Program-made: the position numbers and the translations under genes | Shown here: in pieces, positions 54,744-64,000 of the stretch | Layout: each line of letters begins with the position of its first letter | How positions within the stretch are numbered: the first letter of the stretch is position 1 | NCBI GenBank assembly: GCA_963823665.1 | Contig: CAWGMQ010000008.1 | Coordinates: 1,024,001 to 1,088,000, forward strand | Origin: an uncultured Planctomycetota bacterium | GTDB taxonomy: Bacteria > Planctomycetota > Planctomycetia > Isosphaerales > Isosphaeraceae | Length of the DNA: 64,000 nucleotides | Direction: 5' to 3' | Notes under the pieces: generated by a model | The model's input: only the letters and a program-made list of their open reading frames with translations | What the model was told of the DNA's origin: nothing | The model's database searches: none

Positions 54744-56219
54744 TCAATCGAGCGCGACGGTGACGGTCTTGGTCTCGGTGTAGTTGTCGAGGGCTTTTTC
54801 ACCGAGCTCACGGCCGATGCCGCTGGTCTTGAAGCCCCCGAACGGAGCGGCCGCATCAAAGACGTCGTAGCAGTTGATCCATATCGTGCCGGCGCGGACG
54901 CTGTCGGCGATGGCGTGGGCTTTCTTGATGTCGCGCGTCCAGACGGCGGCCGCCAAGCCGTAGTCAGTTGTATTGGCGCGCTCGATGACTTCGTCCAACT
55001 CCTTGAATCGGAGGACCTGCATCACGGGCCCGAAGATCTCATCCTTGGCGATGGCCATCGAGTCTTTCACTTCGGAGAAAACGGTGGGCTTGATGAAGTA
55101 GCCGCGAGAGCCGAAACGCTCGCCGCCGGTGATGCACTTGGCGCCCTGGGCCTTGCCCTTATCGATGAAACCCAGGATCTTGTCGAACTGGGCCTTGTCC
55201 ACCTGCGGGCCCTGCTCGGTGGCGGGATCGAACGGGTCGCCCACCTTGCGGGTCTTCACGCGGGAGGCCAGTTTTTCGACCATCTTCTCGTAGATCGGCT
55301 CTTGCACGAACAGACGGCTGCCCGCGCAGCAGCACTGTCCCTGGTTGAGATAGAGCCCGAGAATGGCGCCTTCGACGGCCGCGTCCAGATCGGCGTCGGC
55401 GAAGACGATGTTGGGGCTCTTGCCGCCCAGCTCGAGGGTCACCCGCTTGAGCGTGTCGGCCGCGGCCTTCATGATGATCTGGCCGGTGCGGGTCTCACCG
55501 GTGAACGCGATCTTGTCGGCACCCTTGTGGGCGACGAGTGCTGCACCGGCGGTTTCGCCAAAGCCGGGGACGATGTTGATGACTCCGGCGGGGAACCCCG
55601 CCTCGAGGGCGAGCTCACCGAGCCGAAGCGCGGTGAGCGGAGTTTGCTCGGCCGGCTTGAGCACCACGGTGCAGCCTGCGGCCAGCGCCGGGCCCCATTT
55701 CCAGGCGACCATGAGCATGGGGAAGTTCCACGGAATGATCTGGCCAGCGACGCCGACCGGCTCGCGCTTGGTGTAGCAGAAGTACCGGCCGCGGATTGGA
55801 ATCGTCTGGCCGTGGATCTTGTCGGCCCAGCCGGCGTAGTAGCGGAAGCAGTCGATGACGAGCGGCAAGTCGGCGTGCCGGCTTTCGGAGATCGGCTTGC
55901 CGTTGTCGAGGGTCTCGAGCTCGGCCAGTTCGTCGATGTGCGATTCGATCAAGTCGGCGAGCTTGTTCAAGAGCCGCCCGCGGTCGCGGGCGTCGGTCTT
56001 GCGCCAGGGGCCGGAGTCAAAGGCCTTGCGCGCGGCCTTGACCGCCATGTCGATGTCGGCGGAATCGCCCTCGGCGACGTGTGCGATGACTTCTTCCGTG
56101 GCCGGGTTGATCGTCTCGAAGGTCTTGCCGCTCTTGCTGTCGCGCCACCTACCGTCGATGAGCAGCTTGGTCTGAACCGTGCGAGCCACCTTGCGTCGCG
56201 GAGCAGTTGCCGTTGCCAT
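54744..56219 (-). CDS. NAD(P)-dependent aldehyde dehydrogenase (ALDH1/2-like)
   Basis: [57 protein letters not shown]. Confidence 0.96.
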   Translation of the reverse strand: MATATAPRRKVARTVQTKLLIDGRWRDSKSGKTFETINPATEEVIAHVAEGDSADIDMAVKAARKAFDSGPWRKTDARDRGRLLNKLADLIESHIDELAELETLDNGKPISESRHADLPLVIDCFRYYAGWADKIHGQTIPIRGRYFCYTKREPVGVAGQIIPWNFPMLMVAWKWGPALAAGCTVVLKPAEQTPLTALRLGELALEAGFPAGVINIVPGFGETAGAALVAHKGADKIAFTGETRTGQIIMKAAADTLKRVTLELGGKSPNIVFADADLDAAVEGAILGLYLNQGQCCCAGSRLFVQEPIYEKMVEKLASRVKTRKVGDPFDPATEQGPQVDKAQFDKILGFIDKGKAQGAKCITGGERFGSRGYFIKPTVFSEVKDSMAIAKDEIFGPVMQVLRFKELDEVIERANTTDYGLAAAVWTRDIKKAHAIADSVRAGTIWINCYDVFDAAAPFGGFKTSGIGRELGEKALDNYTETKTVTVALD

Positions 56220-56375
56220 GATCTGTTCTCCCTCTGACAGGACTGAGCAGTCTCTAATGATCAGGATTCCTGAGGCATCTGGCGACATCTTATGGATGAT
56301 CGACGCGAGACTCAAGACACGCGCGCGACCGCCGACGATGTTCGCCGGATAATTTCAATCGGAATCGCACGAAGA

Positions 56376-56915
56376 TCACGCATCGGCGACGGGACTTACC
56401 TTATTCCAAAATTCGCTGAGTCGCCGGTATGCCGTGGAGGGATCGACTGTAGGCGGCTTTGCTCCGCGTCGCCCATGCGCCACCCAGTTGCGGTATCGCC
56501 GAACCTGATTCACCGCCTCGACGAGGTTGGCGTCGAGTCTCTTGAAGGCTCCGAGTACCTTGAAGAAGCTTCCGTCCTCAACTTGTTGAATCAAGTCGTC
56601 GACAGCCTAAAGCAACACCGCGTGTTCGACAGATTTTTGCGAGACCTCCGAGCGTATTTCCGAGGCCATCTGGGTCCGGACCTGGCTCTCGAAGAGAGAG
56701 AAGAGCACAATTACTGCAAGATCGTCCATTTGTTCGAGGGTGAATTGCGTTTGCTCTTCAAGCTCGCGCTGATCAATGTCTTTGAAGCGGTCGTCCTTTT
56801 CGAGCTTCGCGTCCCACGGCAGGTCGTTCCAATACTTGGAGGCGAGACGACGTAATAGTCGAACTTGAAACTTCGCTTGCTGATACCATTGCCAGCCGTC
56901 GTCGAGCGTCTTCAT
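56376..56915 (-). pseudogene. HEPN-like (RxxxxH) protein interrupted by an in-frame TAG at 56607-56609
   Basis: ORFs 56607..56915 and 56376..56594 share a frame (HAVLL*AVDDLIQQ). Helical protein with LFSLFESQVR and RRYRNWVAHG. Confidence 0.7.
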
Positions 56916-57397
56916 TGGAGCAGGCTTTGCATCGCGTCCTCAAATGAGTTGCGATCAAACCGATTGACGGTGAAACCTTCGTCTTCGACGATCACCCACG
57001 ATTCATTTGGCTCGATCTGAGACCGAAACAGAAGGTACTTTCGATCGCCGCTCTTCAGATCGACTCGGCCAAACGCACGCGCCACATGGATAATGCCGTT
57101 CGAAAGGTTTGGTCCCACGACCATTCTCGAGATCGGCACCAACGCTACTTCCTGGGATTCGAGCCGGATGAGCAATCGTGGTACGGTGTAGACACCGAGC
57201 TCAAGCTCGCGGAGCTCTTGAACGTCTTCCTTGATCGTCAGCAGCTTCTCCTGGTCCGCATCCGCGAGCCATTCTCTGATCAGTTCAACCAAGCGACGCA
57301 CGGCCCAGATCCACTCCGACTGAAGGGCCTTCTTGTCGTCGGCTTTCCCCCGTTCGATTTCCGCCCTGTCGGCGAGGAATTCTTTGAGTGTCTTCAT
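56912..57397 (-). CDS. Conserved hypothetical protein, coupled to the HEPN-like gene
   Basis: EW...LIREWL, LGVY, GRVDL. ATGA overlap with the downstream gene. Confidence 0.75.
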   Translation of the reverse strand: MKTLKEFLADRAEIERGKADDKKALQSEWIWAVRRLVELIREWLADADQEKLLTIKEDVQELRELELGVYTVPRLLIRLESQEVALVPISRMVVGPNLSNGIIHVARAFGRVDLKSGDRKYLLFRSQIEPNESWVIVEDEGFTVNRFDRNSFEDAMQSLLQ

Positions 57398-57514
57398 GGA
57401 ATCGTTCCGTCTCAAGCCCGTCGCCAAAGAGAAGTCGTCCGTTCATCATCCCGGTGCGTAGGTGCGTCCCAACACCATTTTACGATAGTCGGTCCGAAGA
57501 ACAAACTCGGCACC

Positions 57515-58564
57515 TCACCACTTGTCGATCGCCCCCGAAGGAACCGGCACGTGCAGCTCGTAATGGCCCGGGAGAGGGGATTCGGGCCCGGCGGCTCGGG
57601 CCTCGGCGATGACTTCCTCGAAAAGGGCCGGACTCGAGAGATTGAGCAGCCGCATGTAGTACGGCTTCGGCAGTCGAATGAAATGAAAGTACCATTTGAG
57701 GATCTTGCGGAACTGCAGGCAGCCGTGATGCTCGCCCCGGCGCTCGACCAGACCGCGGAAATGGCGGCACATCAGCTCGATGCGCTCGTCGAAGGTCGGG
57801 TCGGGGCCCGGGTCACCCGTGCGGCTCCAGGAGTCGAGCTGACGAAAGATAAATGGATTGGCCAGCGAGCCGCGGCCGATCGAGACGGCGGCGCAGCCGG
57901 TTTCCTCGAATGCGGCGGCGGCATCGGCGATCGTTCGGATATCACCGTTGGCAACCACAGGAATGCGATCGACGGCCTCCACGACGGCGCGAATACCCGC
58001 GCGGTTCACGTTCCCCTTGAACCCTTGCTGGCGAGTGCGGCCGTGTACGATCACGGCGGACACTCCGACCTGCTCGAAGGCACGCGCCAGGTCCGGCGCC
58101 GTCAGCGACTCGTCATCCCAGCCGAGCCTCATCTTCACCGTGACCGGAATCGACACGGCGTCGACCACCCCGCGCACGAGTGCGACAGCGCTCTCCATCT
58201 GGCACATGAGAGCCGAGCCGCCGCCGGTCCTGACGACCTTCCGGACGGGGCAACCCATGTTGATATCGACTGCTGTGACCCCTTTTTGCTCCACCACACG
58301 CGCCGCCTGTTGCATCTCGGAAATGACGCTGCCGTAAAGCTGGATCGACAGCGGCCGGTCAGTTGCGCAAGTTTCGGAAAGCTCGAATGCCCGCCGGTGC
58401 TTCTCCAGGAGCGAGCGGGCATTCACCAGATCGGTCGTGGCGAGGCCGAGACCGCCGCACTCACGTACCGCAAGCCGGTAGGCCAGGCTGGTGTATCCAG
58501 CAAGGGGAGCCAGAAAGAACCGCGACGGGAGCGGTACCTGGCCGAGGGAGAGCGGTTCTTTCAC
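57515..58564 (-). CDS. dusB: tRNA-dihydrouridine synthase B
   Basis: LAPLAGYT, IQLYGS, DINMGCPV, VTVKMRLGW, VHGRTR, ANGDI, IGRG. Confidence 0.93.
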   Translation of the reverse strand: MKEPLSLGQVPLPSRFFLAPLAGYTSLAYRLAVRECGGLGLATTDLVNARSLLEKHRRAFELSETCATDRPLSIQLYGSVISEMQQAARVVEQKGVTAVDINMGCPVRKVVRTGGGSALMCQMESAVALVRGVVDAVSIPVTVKMRLGWDDESLTAPDLARAFEQVGVSAVIVHGRTRQQGFKGNVNRAGIRAVVEAVDRIPVVANGDIRTIADAAAAFEETGCAAVSIGRGSLANPFIFRQLDSWSRTGDPGPDPTFDERIELMCRHFRGLVERRGEHHGCLQFRKILKWYFHFIRLPKPYYMRLLNLSSPALFEEVIAEARAAGPESPLPGHYELHVPVPSGAIDKW

Positions 58565-58635
58565 AATGGATGGGATCGCAGGCAGAGAGCAGCCGCCATG
58601 TCGCAACAATGTCAACTCCGGCACAGGGAACTGGG

Positions 58636-60060
58636 ATGAAATCGCATTGTCATTCTAGTGCCGCAGGTGATCCGGCACGAGGCCAGAACGGCGCAGAGGC
58701 GGGCTCCGGCTCGATCGACTCGAGTGACGCCGGCCGAGCTGAAGCGTGGGTTCTTTCAACCGAAGCCGGCCGCGGCTTGCTGGAGGAGGTCGGCTTCGCG
58801 CGCTCGGTGAGCCCGGCCCAGCTCGCCAGGCTGAGGAAGCATGCCGCGCCTGAGGCCGTCGCGGCGGCCGTGCGACTGGCGCAGGCCCGGCAGAAGGCCG
58901 CGCTGAAGTTCGAGCGAGGGCCGCTCATGTGGGTTGACTCCAAGAGCGTGGAACAATCGACCGCGGAGCTGGTCGCGAAACACAAGGCGAACCGGTTTCG
59001 AGCTCATGTGATTGTTGACCTCTGCGCAGGGATCGGGGGTGATACGCTCGCACTGGCGGCCGCGGCGAATGTCGTCTCGGTCGATTTCGATCATGCGATG
59101 TGCCGGCGAATCCTTTACAACGCAGACGTGTATGGCGTCTCCGATCGCGTGGTGGCAACCCGCGCCCGGGCCGAGCAATTCGCGATCCCCTCCGGCGCCT
59201 GGGTCCACCTGGACCCCGACCGGAGGGCGTCGCATTTGCGCCGGGCTTCGCGGCTGGTGGATTACTGCCCGTGCCCGGAATTCTGGAGCTCGCTCGTCGC
59301 ACGAGTTCCCGCAGGCGCGATCAAGCTCAGCCCGGCCGCAGACTTCCGGCAGCATTTTGCGGGCTCAAACGTCGAAATCGAGCTGATCAGTCTTCACGGC
59401 GAATGCAAGGAGGCGACGGTCTGGTTCGGAGAGCTCGCCTCTTGCGGGCGACGGGCGACGCGGCTGCCGGAAAACGTCACCTGGACCGACCGCGACAACC
59501 CAACCCGGTACGTGGCGCCCGTCGCGTCGCCGGGCTGCCTGATCTATGACCCTGACCCCTCGCTGCTGCGAGCGGATCTGCTCGACAGTTTCGCCTGCGA
59601 GCACAACTTGAATCGTCTGGCAGATGGGGTTGATTACCTGACGGCTGATCACCTGGTGAAGAGCCCCTTTCTGAGCGCGTTTGAGGTTTGCGAGATTACG
59701 TCTCTGGACCTGAAGGTGCTGAAGCGCCTGGTCGCGAAGCATGAGATCGGCACGCTCGAGATCAAGGTGCGCGGGGCTCGCGTAACCCCGGAGAGGCTGC
59801 GGGAAAAGCTCAAGCTGCACGGCGGGCGAACGGCCACACTGATCGTGGTCGGCGGCAAAGGGGCGGCCAAGGCCATCCTCGCTCAAAGAGTTTCCACGGG
59901 GGGAGTGGCGACGTCATCGGCACGGGCCGAGCTGGTCACGGGCTCCGCGCCGAGCGAATCGGGCGACGCGCCGCCAGCGCCGTTTCCGTCGGCCCGCACG
60001 CCCCCGGCCGGGGCCGGCTCGAGCGGAGTTGATGGTCCATTGCCGCTCGCCTCCGGCTGA
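58636..60060 (+). CDS. Class I SAM-dependent methyltransferase with THUMP-like C-terminal region
   Basis: VEQST, VDLCAGIGGD, LDPDRR, IKLSP, GECKEA, YDPDP, LEIKVRG. Confidence 0.88.
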   Translation: MKSHCHSSAAGDPARGQNGAEAGSGSIDSSDAGRAEAWVLSTEAGRGLLEEVGFARSVSPAQLARLRKHAAPEAVAAAVRLAQARQKAALKFERGPLMWVDSKSVEQSTAELVAKHKANRFRAHVIVDLCAGIGGDTLALAAAANVVSVDFDHAMCRRILYNADVYGVSDRVVATRARAEQFAIPSGAWVHLDPDRRASHLRRASRLVDYCPCPEFWSSLVARVPAGAIKLSPAADFRQHFAGSNVEIELISLHGECKEATVWFGELASCGRRATRLPENVTWTDRDNPTRYVAPVASPGCLIYDPDPSLLRADLLDSFACEHNLNRLADGVDYLTADHLVKSPFLSAFEVCEITSLDLKVLKRLVAKHEIGTLEIKVRGARVTPERLREKLKLHGGRTATLIVVGGKGAAKAILAQRVSTGGVATSSARAELVTGSAPSESGDAPPAPFPSARTPPAGAGSSGVDGPLPLASG

Positions 60061-63000
60061 GGGCTCCCGGCGGGGACCGGGCGCGACGCGAATCGTTTCT
60101 TGACGCCCTCGAGCCATTCGAGCTCGGGAAGTCCGTAGGGCCGGAATTTCTCGATCCGGTTCGCTTCTTCGCTGTAATAAAGAGCCCGGTTTTCGCCGAG
60201 CTTGCTGCCGGCGGGTGTGTCGATCAAGGTGCTCGAGTCGTTGGCACTCATCTGGAAAAGAATCCGATTCTCGAATTCCTTCATTCCCTGGCGGTCGAGC
60301 GTGCGGTTCATGTTATTCACACTGTCGCACCAGATGATGGTGTGAATACCCACGGGGGGACCGTCGCGGAGTGCGTCGGCAAAGAGCTTCGACGGCGGCA
60401 CCGGCTTGTCCTCGTCATAGCGCGCGTAGCCGAAATCGTCATCTGACTTCCTCAGGTCGCGGAACCGCTGGATGTCGTAGATCAAAATGTAAACTGGCGC
60501 TTGATCGTCGGAGGAAGCTTCCTGGCGGCGCTTGATCTCGGCGGCCAGACCGGTGTACGTCGCACCCAGGTTGCGCCAGGTGACATTCGTCACCGGATGC
60601 GGCAGGACTTCCTTCAGCCGGCCGAGCTGGCCGGAGAGTGCGGAATCAACAGGGCTGCCGTCGAGCAAGTAGAACCGGCACGCCTGGGGCCCGACCGGCG
60701 GATGCTGCGAGGCGATGCCGATGACGCCCATGATCATCATTGCGAGCGCGGCCTCGTCGTTCTGGCCGACGATCAAGACATTGCTGCCGCTCTGAGGCCG
60801 AAAGACGACCGATGTGGGATCCTTGATCGAGATCGCATCACCCAGCCAGGCGGAGTCGGCCTTGGGGGCTGCGGGCCATTCCGCTTTCGCGAGCAGCTCG
60901 TTCAACAGCGGATTTTTGCGAACTTCCGCGGGCAGATTGCCTTCGAAGACGATCGGAGGCGGCTTCTGGATATTGTGCTCGCGGCGCATTTCCTGAATTC
61001 GCTCGAGGTATTTCTCGCGGCGCTCGTCGGAGAGCCAGACCACCTGGAACAGGTTGTTTCCTTCCATCATTCCGTTGGCGTCGTTGTAGATCGCCTCGCC
61101 GGGGCGGGTGAGCAGGCGCGCGGCGGTGTTGTCCTCGCTCAAGATCAGGTGTGCGTCGGCTTCGCTGCATTGGAGGGCGATGCGCACGGCCATCTGGCCC
61201 AGGGTGGCCTTGGGAAGCGAATACTGGCCGCCCAAGGTCTGTGACCCGAGCACGACATGCATTCCGAACGCACGGCCCTGCCGCACCAAGCGGTCGAGCA
61301 GCAGAGTGACTTCCTGGGCAATCTTGTCGTCTTCTACGAAGAATTCCTGGAACTCGTCGATGACGAGCAAGACCCGCGGCATCGGTACCTCAGGGCGGGC
61401 CTCGCGATAGCCATTCAAATCCTGACATCCGAGTTGACGGTAGATCTCGCCACGCTCCTTGAGCTCGACGTCCAGCCGCTGGAGCACGCTAAGCCCGAAC
61501 TCGCGTTCGCTCTCGACCGCGATCACCCGCGCATGAGGCAACTCCATCGCCGCGTATACCTTGAATTCGACGCCTTTCTTGAAGTCGATCAGGTACAGCT
61601 CGAGTTGATCGGGGCTGTATCTGAGCGCTCCGTTGGTGATCGAGCGCGTGCAGCATCGTCGACTTGCCCGAGCCCGTCTTGCCGGCGGTGAGAACGTGCT
61701 GCGAGGTGCCTTTTCCCAGCTTGAGGTGCTGCAGCTTGGTGGCGCCGGCACGGCCCAGGGGAATGTCGACGCCCTTGCTGCTGTCGAAGGTCCAGAACTG
61801 GTCGGGCTTGGGGGCGATGAACTCGAATGGAACCTCGACCCGGTTGGCGTCGCGCGCGGCGTTGCCGACCTTGTGCAGGATCTCGGAGAATCGCGCTGGA
61901 TCGGGGGGGCCGTCGAGGGACAGAGGATAGCGGCCGAAGTTCGGCTCGCGCCACTGCAGGCGGCTTTCCTTCCAGATCATATTGACGCACGGGTTTTCCA
62001 GCTCCTTGAGCGGGAAGCCCGATGGCAGGCCGAGCTTCGTATCGAGCATCACGAGCGCGTACACGCCGCAACGGGCGCCACTGTTGACGATGCTGATCAG
62101 CCGCCGCAGCGCGGCGTCGTTGAAATTGGTCGGGAAGTTGGCGACGACCAGGATCCTGAACGGCTCGGCGACTTCGCCGGCCATGGTGTTGTATTCCTCG
62201 ATAGTCTCGAACTCGTTGCGGAGGTACTTCTGGATCACGTTCTCCATATGTTCGGTGAGATCGGTAAGACGCTGCTCGATGTGCTGGGCCTCGGTCCAGA
62301 TACGGTTCGTGACCAGGAGCTCGTGATAGTCGCCCAGGTGCATGAACGCGGCGAAGTTCTCGCCTAGCCCTACCGGATCGACGATGGTGAACCTCACCTT
62401 GCCGGGCGGAATCGAGGTCAGGTATCGCAGCATCAGCGATTGCAAGAGCGTGATCCCCTCGTCCTTGCCGGCATCGGCCGCCTTGATGAGCACCGAGCCT
62501 TGAATGGGGAAGGGCAAGAGGGCGGGAATCTGAAAATGGGTCGGGACCGATTTGAGTCGCGGATCGACGGGTACGCCGTTCGGGAAATGGTTCAAATCCA
62601 CGTCAAACATTCCGAAGCGCATTCCCGGCGGCACCTCGATCGGCGGCTTCCAGCCGTCAAGCTCCGGCGCGCCCCATTCCAGGAATCGGCGCCCGGCTTC
62701 TTCGCGAACTTCGTTCACGGTGTTGTCGACCCGAGCCATTCCCTCCGTCCAGTTCTTGATCAGGTTGGCCCACGCCTGGTCATAGTGGAGCTTGGTGGTC
62801 TCTTTTGTTTTTCGATAAGAGTCGTCGAGCTCGCGGCGATCTTTTTCGTATTTTTCCTTGAGTGACGCGAGCCGCGGAGGAAAGTGTTCCTCGGCCTTCT
62901 TGAGGCCTTCGTCGCGGCGTACGCGAATCTGCTCGAGCCGGGCGGGGTAGGTCTGGTCGGCCTCTTCCGTGTGCTTCTGGTGGCGGGTCTGAAACTCGCT

Positions 63001-64000
63001 CATCCTGCGCGCCAGCAGCTCCTCGGCCTCGCGCACCATGGACTCTCGCTTCTTCTCGAGCTCCTTGAGCTTTCCGTCGAATTCGTTCTTGATCCAGTCT
63101 TTACTCTGCTCGAGGAGCTGTTCGGCGCCGGCAAGCGCGCTCTTGAGCGGTACGCTGTGCTTGGCCACGGCGGGGCGAGCGATCGAGCTCAGGCCGAGGT
63201 AAGCCCCCACGGCCGAAGCGATCGCGACCACACCTCCCACGATCCCGGCGGTCGTCCAGCCGACGGGAGTCCCAAGTCCAAGACCCGCGGCGGCAGCGCC
63301 GCCCAAGAGTAGCCAGGGCCAGATGAAGTTGTCGATCTTGAGAAACCTGGGAAGTCTGAGCGCGACCAGACCAATCAGATGGTCTTCGATAGTCGCCCGC
63401 AGCGTTTGAAGCTTGACGAGGGGAGTCTGTTCAACGGGAGGCTCCGCTGGATCGGCCGCGGCTGCATCTGCGGGGGCATTCTCTCCGGGCGTCGCGGCCG
63501 GTTCGGTCGCCGCCGGAGTAAGGGCCTCGGGCGTCGCGGGAAGCGCTTCCGGACCCACATTGGCGAGCCTGCCGCAGCGCTTGAGCACGTATTCCGCGTC
63601 GACCTGTTTCTGGTGAAGAAAGCCGATCTCTTCATTCCAGGCGGCATCGGTGCCGCGTCGCCACTTGATGCCTTCATCGCGCTGGCCCTCGAACATAGCC
63701 AGCGCTTGCCAGCCCGTCTCTTCTTTCGACTTCTTGGCGCGGCGCCCGTCTTTCTTCAGTTGTTCGTCGATCTGTTTCTTGGTCTGTTCGTACTCGCCCT
63801 TGGTCGCCTGTGTGTCGCGCTGGAAGGTCTGCACAACCTGGTCGCGAGCCCTCGAATAATCGGCCTCCATGGCGGTGTTGTCGACTTTGTACTTGTCACC
63901 GAGGTGCTTGGCGGCGGAGCGATATTCGGCCTCTTCCCGCTCGATTCGCTTGCGGAACCCGAGCTCGGTTTCGGATTCACCCTTGGCGCGGGCCGCAATC
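59883..64000 (-). CDS. FtsK/SpoIIIE-domain membrane ATPase with three ATPase-like domains (EccC/EssC-like), 5' partial, frameshift near 61641
   Basis: Open to the window end. Coiled coil, 2 TM, coiled coil, then IVDPVGLG, AGKTGSGKST (Walker A), IDFKKG, LVIDEFQ (Walker B), RQGRAFG, LGSQ, and a degenerate third domain (LRDGPPVGIH). Confidence 0.9.

Noticed and set aside
54729..56237. 502-aa antisense ORF over the aldehyde dehydrogenase
   Set aside because: Shadow ORF expected from high-GC codon bias; no recognisable motifs.
56904..57397. Both genes of the HEPN module start with MKTL (ATGAAGACRCTC)
   Set aside because: Similarity is limited to about 12 nt with no further homology; treated as coincidence.
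57086..58639. 517-aa plus-strand ORF opposite dusB
   Set aside because: Antisense shadow of dusB with no domain signal. The same applies to 18179..19573, 37670..38713 and similar ORFs.

Overview
High-GC bacterial chromosomal segment, very likely from a Planctomycetota (Isosphaeraceae-like) genome. Lineage signs are a TIGR03067 protein, a TIGR02999-type ECF sigma, an LERLEARELL-signal surface protein, a PPC-domain protein, eukaryote-like Ser/Thr kinase-TPR genes and short palindromic repeats. Core and metabolic genes: hisI-aminotransferase-serA, cysK, dusB, aldehyde dehydrogenase, YagF/YjhG dehydratase, myo-inositol oxygenase, GH2, S9 and S41 peptidases, a hybrid histidine kinase, and a 2,000-aa beta-helix/DUF11/Calx-beta protein. 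Three more A/T-rich accessory patches are interspersed: about 0.6-5.8 kb (HigBA-type TA module, kinase relic), 31.6-34.9 kb (kinase-Cache pseudogene, nucleotide-kinase-like relic, orphan HigA) and 56.3-57.4 kb (unknown gene plus a HEPN-like gene with an in-frame TAG). About 14 single-base frameshifts hit 12 otherwise intact genes, including serA and cysK, so most are probably sequencing errors. Best candidates for something new: the two-gene HEPN module beside dusB; a PrsW protease-ECF sigma operon lacking the usual kinase; a type VII secretion-like three-domain FtsK ATPase running off the window end; and an in-frame core-deleted pseudokinase-TPR protein. No rRNA, tRNA, CRISPR array, integrase, transposase or reverse transcriptase was recognised.
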